Below are positions 12,504-25,876 of a DNA stretch of 64,000 nt, one piece after another. Numbering within the stretch: position 1 is the first letter of the stretch; each line of letters starts with the position of its first letter. Location of the stretch: contig JAQGDQ010000081.1 in NCBI GenBank assembly GCA_030141605.1, forward strand, positions 496,001 through 560,000. The letters run 5' to 3'. Origin of the DNA: Tubiluchus corallicola (taxonomy: Eukaryota; Animalia; Priapulida). The position numbers and the translations under genes were made by a program. A model generated the notes under the pieces. It worked only from the letters and a program-made list of their open reading frames with translations. It was not told where the DNA came from and ran no database searches.

Positions 12504-14263
12504 AAGGTTGCGTTTCATTGGTAGAGTCGTGCAACATTTCATTATTTGTCTGTTCAAAGATGTGAATTTATAGAAAATTTCGACCCATTAAAAAATTTAC
12601 TGAATGGTGTTATAAATGCTGTGCGCTTCGCGGACCGTCAATGAAGTTTTGAACTATTAATTAAGTATCAAAAATTATTATAATAATTATAGGTAATTAT
12701 TATAGCTAAAGAACAATGTGGACTGAAACATCGTTCTGTTTTCTTTTTTATGGAGTGTTCTGGTACTATAAGCTAGCACCATCATTAAGTTTTTGGAAAA
12801 AATGACTGGGCTGTCGCAAGGCTTCAATAAAAATTACAAAGGCGAATGGCTACTTAATATATTTTGCCAAGCACACTTGAACATTCTAATAAGTAAGTCA
12901 TTTTCAGCAAAAAGGCAAATAAAACTTTTTAAATTCCTTTACAGAAGTTATTAGCGATTTATAAAATTAATATGGCAATAGGATCAATAAAAATAAGACT
13001 ATAATGTAACTGGACGAAAATAATATAATTATGACAGACGTTATGCAGCTCTTCAATAATCTTCCTGTGTGTGCTTAACCTTGTTGTGAGTCAGATTTTC
13101 TAAAATGTAATTTCTAGAATTTTTGTTTCTGTTGTAGTCTAGTAAATACTTTACAGAAGGGCACATCTGTCGATTTGGTGCCTCTTTTTAGGCGATTATC
13201 GTTATTAGGCGATAATAAGATTCCAGCCCCGCTTCTACCCGTGACTCTTCGTATGTTAAACAATGCAACGGTACTAGCGTTTTTTATCTCACAAAGTAGG
13301 TCACCATGGCAGCAGCGATCGTCATCAGCAGCACTGGCTCAGGATATAACTTTCGGTTATAACTTTCGAAAGAATTAATTGAAAACGGATCAAAATATAC
13401 CTGTTGTGTGGAATAATTTCTATGATTTTGAAGGCCATATACCTCCAAAAAACTACGTGTACGGTAATAACAATTTTCTTTTAAAAAGCGGCGCGCATGG
13501 ACAGTTTGAAAACGAAACGCGGCGCATGCTCTTTTTGCATGAAATCTAGTATTCATACGAGAACCAATTTCATTGCAACGCAAAATGCACTTCTTTGGAA
13601 AACCAATTACGATAAAGTGCCTTGCGCCCATATTAGAGTTTCATTGATTACTTACAATATTATTCTCATACTCAAGATGAGAATAGAAAATATCGGCAAC
13701 GGGAACGAGGGAAACCATAAAACCCCATAAAATTTGCAAATAGGACAGAGGATTCCATCTGATGAGTGGCCAGGGAAAATTGCCAGCTGCGCCAAGAAAG
13801 ATGTGTGACGAAAAAAAGAAATTTCAAGGCTTTACCTACTGTGAGAGGTGAAATTACCGCTAACGTAGTAAAGGCAGAAACGTCTTCATATGGCTTAGAA
13901 ATACATAATATAAACAGAACGTCACTGGCAAGCATTGAATTTTTACTTTGTGATACTCGTATAGGAGTATAATTTTAATTTTTAATTTACTTTCGCTAAA
14001 CTCTCCAACGCATCTTTAAGAACAAAGATAAAGAGTTTGTGAATGGCATTGAAGTGCAGATTGGCTTCATCTCCTTGCTACTTTGTACAGATTTCCCGTA
14101 TTGCTGAAAGCAGTAATATAATGAGTGGTTTGATAATGACTGTTCTGCGGAGGAGGCGCACATTGTATGCTAGCTCTTTACTAGGTGAGCTACTTGAGAT
14201 CTTGGGAAGACAAATAACTAGAAAGGCAGGCTAACGAAGCCTCGGGCCAGGTTATAGTTGTTG

Positions 14264-14267
<4 letters not shown>

Positions 14268-14354
<87 letters not shown>
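14268..14354. repeat. (ATT)n microsatellite
   Basis: Directly visible. Confidence 0.95.
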
Positions 14355-14393
14355 CGTATATATTAATTTCGCTGGTATATATATATATATATA

Positions 14394-15925
14394 TTAGGGT
14401 GCGGCGAAAATAGCTTTTTTATCCAATATTTTTACAACTTTTCCTACTTTGGAGGTTTGATAAGATGCTAAGATGGGTAAATTTTCAGCTCGATTAAGCT
14501 TTGGGAACACGTGTATCCACTCTTCTTAAGATTTCGAAATTATGCTCATTCGTGTAGTAATTTGACAAACTTTAAAAATTATTATATCCACTCCACTGAC
14601 CTAGCAATTTTCACCAGTAGTTTGCAATTATTAATAGTTATTGCACATAAAACTGTGACAGTTTTGCATGTTAGGAAGTTGTATCTGAAAAATGTGTGTA
14701 TTTTGTGCATGTATCGCTACATGTTAACTAATGCTTTTAAAATTACCCCTATATGTTTTTTCTAAAAGCTGCTACATTGGAATGTAAGCTCGTATTTGTT
14801 CTAATAAACAATAACACTATCTTGCATTGTTTATTTGGCATCGTGATTTCTTTATCAAGTAATCTCTCATCTCATCAAAAACTGTTAAGGTAGCACGTGA
14901 GTCAGGACAAGTGTTATTAACTTGGACACGATTCTGTTTCGATAAGTTTGTCTTGACAGCATATGGCGGACACAGTGCAGGTCAAAAGACTAAGAACTTG
15001 CATGGTTTGAGTAACTTGCTTGGTCAGTTGTTGCATCCAAGTTGATTTTACCATCCATCTCAAGCATAGTTTTGTGGACGTGAATTATTTGTTTTACTAT
15101 TTTCAGGCATTTTATCCAGCTCATTTTGCAACTCGGTCATAATCCTTTTAATTGTGCCTTTATGTGTTATTGTGGCAATTGATGCTTTTGCATATATAGC
15201 AAATACACCTTGTGCTACAATCTCTTTTGCTATGCAACAAATCTGTGTTCTGGATCTTTCTCTGACTGGGCCTCCACCTTGAATTGATAATCCCATTATC
15301 AACTGTTGGGAACTGATTACCTGGTAGCTTAGTAGGATAGCTGTGTGGCCGACTGCTAACTTTTCTAGAGTTCATGATTCACAAAATATAAAAATAAACG
15401 GTTTCTAATTTTTTTTCGAGAAAAATAGCTGTTGAGCAGTGTGAACATTTTCAATTGATATTATAAAGAAATCACAGTGCCAAATAAACAATGCATGGTA
15501 GTGTTATTGTTTTTTAGAACAAATACGAGCTTACATTCCAATGTAGCAGCTTTTAGGAAAATCCATATAGGGGTAATTTTAAAAGCATTAGTTAACATGT
15601 AGCGATACATGCACAAAATACACACATTTTTCAGATACAACTTCCTAACATGCAAAACTGTCACAGTTTTATGTGCAGTAACTATTAATAATTGCAAACT
15701 ACTGGTGAAAATTGCTAGGTCAGTGGGGTGGATATAATAATTTTTAAAGTTTGTCAAATTACTACAGGAATGAGCATAATTCCGAAATCTTAAGGTGAGT
15801 GGATACACGTGTTCCCAAAGCTTAATCGAGCTGAAAATTTACCCATGTTAGTATCTCATCAAACCTCCAAAGTAGGAAAAGTTGTAAAAAGATTGGATAA
15901 AAAAGTTATTTTCACCACACTCTAA
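14394..15925 (-). mobile_element. Internally deleted DNA transposon with ~460-bp terminal inverted repeats, inserted in (TA)n
   Basis: 14394-14855 and 15462-15925 are near-identical inverted copies (the mirrored MYPL...NYAHSCSNLTNF ORFs). The interior carries frameshifted minus-strand coding remnants (KLPGNQFPT..., AIYAKASIATI) suggestive of a transposase N-terminus. Confidence 0.85.
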
Positions 15926-15992
15926 TATATATATATATATATATATATAAGATATATATATATATATATATATAAGATATATATATATATAT

Positions 15993-16560
15993 AAGGCTGC
16001 AGCTCCAACTACGGCACCATTCTCGGCGATCTATATATTAAACGAAAGGTCTCGTTCTAGTGTCGTGCAACTGGGGTTTATTTTTCGAATCGGGCCCACC
16101 GGGACAATTGGGGGCGAAAAACCTCCAAAAATGGCCGTTTTTTGCCCTTTTTTGCAAAAAACCTCTTATTTCTGTAGAACGGGAACGTGCCCGGGGTGGT
16201 GCTGGCATTGATTGAATGGCCCAATCAACGGCGGGTGTAATAGTCATATTTAGATTTCACGGGAGGGCCACGGCGTTTTCCTGTACCCAAGTCCCAACTT
16301 TTTCGAAATTTTGGCCGAACGGCCTGTAGAAAAAACGTTCTAGTGTCGTTCAGTAGGACTCTTGGAAGGCGATATATGGCTCTTTAGAAGGAGGAGGAAC
16401 AGGGCTACACGATGGTGTGGACTATATTTTAGCACGCGTTCACTAAGAGTGGCGACGAGTTAACTAGATGTTTCATTTTTGGTAATTTTCGCTTGGAAAA
16501 CTGCTGACGCAAAGCAATTGTTGTGGCGTCATCCATCATACTCTGTCTATAACCTTATAA
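15993..16560 (+). mobile_element. Dispersed repeat family B copy 1 (probable non-autonomous DNA element)
   Basis: Homologous in inverted orientation to 28930-29298, e.g. ggggtttatttttcgaat, cctcttatttct, gaacgggaacg. Confidence 0.7.
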
Positions 16561-16686
16561 CTTTAACTCATTAAAAGCTGCTGCTGCTGGCTTAGCGTTA
16601 GGTAAATAAACGAACTAGGTAGGATGTTCGCGTATTGTTGATTATAAGTGGATTTATAGGCAAAAATATTTGAGGGGCCTTTGCTA

Positions 16687-17057
<371 letters not shown>

Positions 17058-17124
17058 AAAACCAATTGTATAGCTCTGTGCCTTTTTCTTTTTATGCAGT
17101 CATTTATACTCTTTTTCTAACTTA

Positions 17125-17318
17125 TTATCCTTACCTTACTTTACCTTACCTTACCTTGCCTTACATTAATTTACCTTACGTTACCTTATCTTACATTACC
17201 TTATCTTATTTTACCTTAACTTATCTTACCTTATTTTACCTTACCTCATTTTAGTTTACCTTAACTTACCTTACCTTACTTTACCATAATTTATCTTATC
17301 TTACCCATTTTACCTTAT
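17125..17318. repeat. (CTTAC)n degenerate pentamer satellite
   Basis: Directly visible. Confidence 0.85.
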
Positions 17319-20164
17319 CTCATCAGTTTTTCGTTTCTCGTTTTTTTCGGCGAAGTTTAGTACACAATGCGGTTTCGTGATCATGCTTGTAGGAATGAAT
17401 TGCTGTTCACTAGTTATATCTGCTTCTGTCAGCTCCCCATTATAAACTGATGCCAATGCATTAATTGATAACTGCAAGCAATTTTCCAGTGTAGACGATG
17501 GCGTGCAAGTCCACAATGCAATTAGCACAATAAAGTAGCAGTGTGCAATTTACTTAGCTGACTTAGACATGTGATGCTTTATTGAGATGTAACCGTGAAT
17601 ACGCCACCCAGTCATTCATTAATAACATTTCAGCAATGTGTAAAACTGCTAGTGCAGCTCGATCAAAGCTTGTAGTCCTTGATGAAGGCGATGAAGAGGA
17701 AGAAAAGATAGATGCAGAGTGTGAAGGTGTATGTCATAGTAAGTAAGTACACAAGTAAAATTATTTCAGGTCATGTTCACAGACAATTTACAAAATTTCA
17801 ACACTATACAAGTAGATACTGACAGAAGCTAATTAAGACAATGATATTCACTCTTAGAAAAATCCGTTAAAGGTAGGGGACAATTGTTAGATTTTTACCA
17901 GCCTTAATTTGTACTGTCAAAGGTTAAATAGGGAAGTATAGTCAATATTTGTAAAAAGCATTAGTTATGCTGCCATATAAATAAATCGCACGTGAGCTAA
18001 ACACGTACGCAACCCTTTTGATTGGCCTTTTTAAAAGAGCGATGTTGGTCTTTTAGTAAGTATTTGCATGTAACAGCTTATGACACCCCAAGACTATATG
18101 ACTTAACGAGTTTGCAGATTTCGCGATTTCACCTCACAGCAACTACTTTTTAAAGTCATTTTACAATAGGTATTTAAAAACACAATGGGCAATATATTTT
18201 ATTTATTGTCATCTTTAGTTTTAAGAAACGACATTTTCAATTTAATTTGAAGTTTCGTTCCAACGAATTAAATTTCAACATTCAACACAGCAATAGCTTG
18301 TTTTACATGCTTGAGACTATACTATACTATACTAATACTATTATAATTACATTCATTTTGTAACAACAACAACAGCAAAACTAACAGCGCCTATTCGTTT
18401 CTGAAAATCAACCTATGAGGTAAATCACACAAGCATTTTTGATAAAAAAAATGTTATTTTTATTCATAAGCATAAAGATTCTTAAAGAAAAATAACCAAG
18501 TTTTAGCGTCAACTAGATTAGAAAGTACATCACCTGGACTCTATTCACTAGCGTTTTACTTACATTTTTAATGGCTGGAGCTGTAGTAATTGTTACTCCG
18601 AAGCGCACTACAATGTAACTATACCCTGCATTTGTGTAAGCTCAGCTGCTAACCTGCATCATATCGTGTTCGACTAAATTATTTATTTACACGTATGAAG
18701 CCACGACAATGGCTACATCAATGGAAATGGAACTGCCGAGTGGCTTCGCGATTAAGCTGGGAATTGGTTTCAAAGGTTAAGCAACCTGAACTATGGTAAA
18801 TATTCCGCTCTGCAAACAGCTACTTAATTCTTTCTCAGCTAATTTTGCATCGAGGGAAGATTTCTAACTCTTATTCGGGGACTTTGTCTTCTCTGCTCAT
18901 TTATCTACTCTTTCTGGATCTTCGCTTATCTAGTTAACACTGCTTCTCTTTTACCAAAAGCTGTTGTACATTTTTGCAAGGCCAGTAGAAAGCACGGGGC
19001 CATAATAAGTTCATTTTTTATATTTTATAATCCCATTGTTTTCCCTTTAACATCATATACGTCTACGTCATTTGTTTCGTCTTGTCGCTTATTTTAATAG
19101 CCCAAAGAGGGCAATTGGAAAGGCAGTGCTAACAGTAACTTCGTCTGATGTTAACTTTCACTTTGTTGAGTTGGCGGCGTTTATTTTGCACAAAGAAACC
19201 CTTTACCCGCAGTAGCTACACAAAAGCGCCGCTGCACAATTTGTGAATGAAGCTATCTAGATAGCGTTTAAAACAGTTTTCTGAATAAACATCATCAGCG
19301 TGAATCGGCTTTGAGTAAACTGTCGTAAAAGTAGCGCGTAAAAACCAATCTCTGTAAAAATTAAGCTATCAGCCTAGTAAGATTTAATTGAAATTTTTAG
19401 TAAACAGGCGCGGGGAAAGAGATAGAACAGTTGTCGCTACAAAAATAACAACCTAATTAAAGACGCGCAAACTGTCTGAGTAAACAAATGCAACTAGAAT
19501 AGATGTAAAATAGATAAACAGTGGAGTAGAAACAACCTCGGCGTGGTAAATGTGATTATACGTGTGTCCTACACAAAGTTTTAGTAAGTTAAACAATCTC
19601 TGTGGGAGGACAGAAAAGTGTTAGGAAAATGTTGGATGAAGTCAAAGTTAGCGTTTGTAATTTGAAAACAGTCAATTTAATTTTTTCTAACGATTTTCAA
19701 GCTATCTTTAATTACATCCAAATTATTGTTCTGCTATTATTATTCTAGGTTTGAATTCGGAACGTGAAGAGCACTAGGCGTTGTATATAATCAGCTGTAA
19801 GCTAAACCGGAAGGATACCATATAGATAAAATATGCAATGAGCTTGATCAAAGCCAGTAACTTAGAAGTCGGGAAGCTAGTCAGCAATTCAATGCATCAA
19901 AACCAGCAGTCTAACTTATTAGTCTGGCGATCACAGACAAGTGGCTTCTCTCATTTCAGACGCTTTATTCCTTGTCAATAATGCATGGTAAATATATATA
20001 TGCGGTAACTGTAAGCTTTTGTACTTAAAAGTTATAGACCTTCTTAAATTCTAAATATACCTGGCAGAAAATTGCAGATAATTTATTTGTGGGCCTTGCC
20101 GAGGATACAAAACGAGTATAAACGAAAATGAAACTGTTGAGTTAATGATGATGGGATGCTTTTG

Positions 20165-20290
20165 TTGATGTCAATGTCAATGCCAATGTCAATGTCAATC
20201 TAATGTCAATGTCAATGTCAATGTCAACGTTAATGTCAATGTCAATGTCAATGTCAACATCAACGTCAATATCAATGTCATTGTCAATGT
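20165..20290. repeat. (TGTCAA)n hexamer repeat
   Basis: Directly visible; a related (TGTTCA/TGTTAA) tract lies at 22090-22290. Confidence 0.85.
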
Positions 20291-21243
20291 TAATAATTCT
20301 TTTTTCATTTTATTATTAAGCTTAATCCTAAATTTAACCTTGACCACAGTTCTAATGCTGAGCTTAATCTCATTACAGTCACAATCTCAGTCTACCTCTT
20401 TAACACCTGATGCAAAACACATTCTCTTTATTTGCAAGACTGTGCTGTCACAATACTTTTTTACTACTTAATTAAGAAAGGACGCTTTCGTGGACGTTTT
20501 ACTATGGCTTCTCACGTCTTATCCTGGGCATTTCAAAATGCAGAACGGATGCTTACAAATCGAGTAATCGAGTTTTCCTTTGATGGAATCCTCAGTGAAA
20601 TTTCTTACAGAAAATAGTTCCCCTGTTTTAATGACAACTTTACCCGCTTCAAGAAGAAAGTCAGCAGGTGCCAGTCTTGTAGATTAGATATTCAAGAGTC
20701 ACATTTTGAATATTCTTATTTCCACCCTTCAATTCAGAAGTCCTACCCTGTGAGGTCACTGGCTTTGTTTGGAGCGGAAATTTAGATGTTCGAATTTGCG
20801 AAAAATGTTTTGTCATCACTACTCTGCCTTGTCTATCGAATATAGTTTCGTTTATTCTCCAGAGGATTTTCGTGCTTGCGTGATTATTGCAACTCGAGTT
20901 TTGCATTTTATAATTAAAACAGACGTCGTTGTCTAGGAGACTGTAAATTATACTGCGTCCTTTATTATTATTATTATTGATAAGGAGGAACGAGGTGGGT
21001 AATGAAACTATTTACTGATGTAGCTATCTGCACATAACTTATAATAAAGTGGAAATAATGACATATCGTCGCCCTTGATCTGTCTTTGGGTGTATTACAA
21101 TTATTTGAAATTATGTGTGTATCAGTTGCTATGTACGTGTAAGTTCTGCGATTTCAGGGAAAGTTTCTGAAAAAGTGGCTGGATAATAAGCAGGAAAAGA
21201 ATGAGAAGAAAGTAATGAGGAGAGATGCAGGAAAGTATGGAGG

Positions 21244-21372
<129 letters not shown>

Positions 21373-24044
21373 AATCACAAAATCGCAATTGCGTGCCATG
21401 TCCAACAACAAGTCACAATCTTAAAATCTAAATAAATCTCACTAAAGCAGAACTCACCCAGTAAAAGCAAACGACCAAATGTCCTTCAACACGTCCAGAA
21501 ACGACCGAAATCAATTCGTAATGGACAATATTATGTCTGTCATACAAAAAGCAAGTTGCCTCGTATTTCTGTCAGTGTGTCTTCAGCGGTAATGGACTGT
21601 TAGCGATTGTCAACAAATATCATCATACATCGGAGGTGACCGCCAAGGGGGATCTGATTCACGAGTAACAACTACGTGTAGAGCGCAGCTTCACCGTAGA
21701 ATGAACGCAGTCAGCAGCAGGAATGGGTGTATTATGCAGAGAAGGAAATTTGCAGGCAGTGAAAACTGAGGGAAGCCGTTTCTTGACTCTTGACTTGAAT
21801 CTCCCTTAATTAATCGAACATTGTTGTGTCAAGTGCAGGAAGGGAAATTGCTGAAAACAAGTTTTATTGGTTTTAAGCTAGGAAATAATAACATTCCGCA
21901 TGATACTAAATGATTATTGCTTTGAGTCTTTTTATTGTTATTCTTTTTTGTTCTTTTTACCTGCTTTTTATTTATTTTTTCCTTTGTTGCTATCTCTATA
22001 GACGCTATCTAAGTACCTGTTAAGAAAATTTGCAGAAAATTTTCCTGCAAAATTTATGGAATGTGAAAGCGATCGGGTAAAAGAATTAATGTTAGTATTA
22101 GTGTTCATGTTCACGTTCATGTTCATGTTCATGTTCATGTCCATGTCCGTGTCAATGTCAATCGTAGTGTTAATGTCTGTGTTAATGTTAACGTTAACAT
22201 TAATGCTACTGTTAGTGTTACTGTAGGTGTCAATGTCAGTGATAGCGTCAGTGTCAATTTCAAAGTGTCACTGTTAATGTTAACGTTAGTCTTAATTATG
22301 AACTTAATCTCTTAACATTGTGATAATGTTCGTGTTAGTCTTATTTTTAGTATGAGTTTCTTAACCTTGATGTCAGTAGAAAACCTTCCGGACATTGAGC
22401 AGCAAAAAAGATTCGCGAATGAAATATTTGGAACCAGACCAGAGTTATGGTTGTGGCGATGATGAATCTAGTGAAATGATTGTACGGGAAAAAGAGGAGT
22501 TACTGTTTCAAATTTTTTATGAAAAGGCAGAGCGAAATTCTAGCCAATAGTATGTACATGAAGAGTGTGCAACAGAAATTTAAGAAATTTTGATTGTTCC
22601 TTGACGAATAGTAGGGTCTTAAATTCTATTTCAAATAAAATCAACACAAGCTGTAGATTGGTTATTAACTACAATTAATAACTACACTGTACTACATGAA
22701 TAAATCTAATAACATAGACACACAGAATAATTATACTTTATTATGTACAACAAAAATTCTGTTTCAAAATGGTACCCATGGGGAAGGCGTTGACGTTTGA
22801 GAAAGCGGCGTCGAAATTACATTTGCATTGGGCGGGGACTACCTAGAGCCGGCTCTGATGATAGACTAAACATTTGCTTCAGTCTCGGCCAGTTGAACAA
22901 CACGTGTCCAAAACGATGAAAAATGTACTAAACCAAATTTTCCGGCAGTCATTTGTAATGGAGTTATAGTATTTTCACACGTTTGATCAGTCAAGAGAGT
23001 AAATAGAGTGTCAAACAAAATCACTTAACATGTTTCAACATGTTCATCATCCTAACAGTTTCTCTAAGCTAACTAATGGAAGTACAGTAGAAGTGATGCA
23101 TGATTTTAGTGAAGAAACTTCGAAATGAGTGTAAAAGTAGCTGTCACTTTTTATCTGCGGCGAGAAGCCAAGTCTGAGACTCCTTTCATCAATTAAAAAT
23201 GATGCAGTTAACTTCAACCCAAGTAAAATAGCTTTTCTGTGAACAAAATATGGCTTCAAAATACCACTTGCTGTTTTCCACTAGAGCAATATTAAGGATA
23301 CGTTTTGCATTTGGTATTTATTTGTCTGAAAGTAAAGTAGTTATCCATGTTATTCAGCACTCTCTGGGCGCTCGCCAATGCAACTGTTGCCATCCCACAT
23401 CAATATTGCTTAATTTTCACTAACGTGGAACTTGCATATTAGTTTTTTCTGATTGCCACGAGTCTTTCAGTGTTAAGTGGTTTTATGAGTTGAAGTTTAT
23501 AAATTATGAAAAGATACTGCCCTGTTACTTTGGGCTGTTAAGGAAAACCATTAACACTTTCACCCAAAGACAAAGTGGAAAGTGGGAACATACAGAAAGG
23601 TACTGTAGAAGGTGGCAACTGATTCGAACGCACAACTCTCGTTCACATTTGAAAATGGGTGGGCCATCCTTGTGTTGCCTTACTCTTTTAATTAATGGAA
23701 TATTTTTAGTGTTTTTTTGTTAAATGTTAATTTATACTAATGTAAACGCAGTTATATTTTGTAATGCCTATCAAAGTATGCTAACTAACTTAACGTTAAT
23801 CTTAATCTTAATGGTAATCGTAATCTAAGTCTTAACTTTAATCTTAATTTTTGATCTTGACCTCGATGTTTTAATTTTACCTTGACCTTGACTTTGCTTT
23901 TAGTTTGATCTTAAACCTAATCTTAGAAAAATCTTAGTAAACGAGGTTTTCCCGAAACACTTGTTAACTGTTATTATAGTTCATTCCTTATAGTCAAATG
24001 AATATTTCTGGATATGCAACCATATTTTCTGTGATCAAACACAG

Positions 24045-24110
24045 TCTGGATTTGAATCAAGGATTTTAGGCTTACAGGACCGACTCCATGCCCACTAGAC
24101 ACCGTGTCCC
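24045..24110 (-). mobile_element. Degenerate tRNA-derived SINE head
   Basis: Reverse complement ggacacggtgtctagtgg...gtcctgtaagc...gattcaaatccaga shares the core of the 4353-4427 tRNA-like arm. Confidence 0.55.
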
Positions 24111-25876
24111 CCGGCAGTCATGGCAGCCTAAATTCTAACCTTCGTTTAAGCTTAGCATTTTTATTTTTCAAATCATTATCGTGTTTCAAATTTCGATTTC
24201 AACATTAAATTAACATCAAGATTTGAACTATGATTCGTAATTCCGCAGTCAGTTTGAACTATCCTAAACGTCTGCATTTTTCTGGTGTCATTTATTCCTA
24301 CCGTTTTTTGCGGTAATTTAGCCCATGAGCGTTCTTGATGAATCACTTCTGAAAATTCTGAAGTCTCAAGCGACGCTCTTCCATCAAAAATTCCGAACTA
24401 AAGGGACTTTTTGCGAGAAGCATTTAAGTACGAAATGTCATAGCCCTACCGATTCATTTATCACTAAAAAACACTGTTACCACGGGAATTCGTCTAAAAT
24501 AATTTTAGGAATTCATTATCATTGAAGTCATACATAGACTGCCAAGAACAATTTTGTTAACTGTTACTATAGTTTATTTTCCTTACAGTCAAATAAATAT
24601 CTCTGGATTATGCAACCATGTTCTCGAGTCAATTTAGTCGCAAGTGTATGGGCGCTGATTACATTGGTACATCTACAAACAAAAATAAACAGCAAGGCTG
24701 CAGAATTTCCGAAACGTGTCCTTAGGTGGTCATCTTTTTGAAGTACCGCATGACTTTTCCCCAGATAAGGGACGGTGTTGTTTAAATAATCAATGTACTT
24801 CGTGTGCTTGGAGAAAATAGACGAATAAACAAATGAGCGGGAAAACAGAATGAAATCATCCTGACACGCTTGCGACTTTTATTGAACCACAAAGGCTGGA
24901 AGACTCAGTAAAAGTCTGAACGTAAGACTAGGTACTTCTGTTTATTTCTATTTCTTTATAAATACTGCGGTAATTGTTTACTGCAGGTACTTCCTCAGTT
25001 ATTTCCAGTTTTACACAATATTGCTTATTGATACAATTACAGTAGCACTGATTACGATACGGATGTTTACTTATTTACTTTCTTACTAAACTTACTAGGA
25101 CACTGGTACTCTTACGATGTAAAGTCACTGACCAAGGTAGTAAAATTAACCGAAGATGCTCACAAGAATCGGTAGCAGCTAGATATGCATCTATAAATAA
25201 TATTATCGTTAAGCTAATCAATTATGTGCAAAGAAACAAGTTGCAACAAACGGTTTTTGAAAGTCACTGATGATAGCCTTACTGAATAAACATGAGGCTG
25301 TCACTGATTTTTATGCTTGTTTACTGAATCCGTGTTGACAGTAGCGAAACTTGTAGCAGCACTTACTGTTCACATTACTTTGGTGTAATTACACGACTAG
25401 GACAAATCTGAAGTAATTTCGACGTGGATGCCTCAATGTTAAAATGACTAAACTAAATTTTTTAATATAAATTGGCTTTAACTGGGCGAAATTCTAAGAA
25501 TGGTTTTACCAAAAATATTCTAATAATTAATTAAAATAAAGAAACAAGCTTCTACTACAAATTTTCATTATTATCTATAATATATTAGTGTTATTAATAA
25601 TAATAATATTATTATTATTATATTTCGTACCATAACATATACAGCCATACATACATGTAGACAAAATATAACAAGAAATAGTTAGTATAAACACAAAAAA
25701 AAGAAATGACTATGCATAAAATAAACAACTTATAAAAATGCAAATGATCGTACACAATCAAATACAGTATATCTTTGCAAAGTGATTCCTTAATTTTTTA
25801 TTCCTTATTTGGCACTAATATATACTACAACCAATAGTAGTCCTTGACTACAACATATAATACATACAATATATTT

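Noticed and set aside
13755-13805. CTGATGA...GAAA hammerhead candidate (also ~19270-19300 minus and ~34435-34470)
   Set aside because: Stems I and III cannot be formed and no properly placed cleavage triplet is present.
14511-15808. Two near-identical ORFs on opposite strands (MYPL...NYAHSCSN)
   Set aside because: They are the two TIR arms of one transposon, start at non-ATG codons and show no protein features.
21452-21790. Candidate non-coding first exon of the kinase gene (minus-strand GG|gtgagt donor)
   Set aside because: Plausible, but there is no coding signal or transcript evidence to link it, so it is not reported as a feature.
25265-25310. SECIS-like hairpin (ATGA...AAA...) near the SLC22 3' end
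   Set aside because: It is on the opposite strand to the gene, has no GA directly 3' of the helix, and no in-frame TGA needs recoding.
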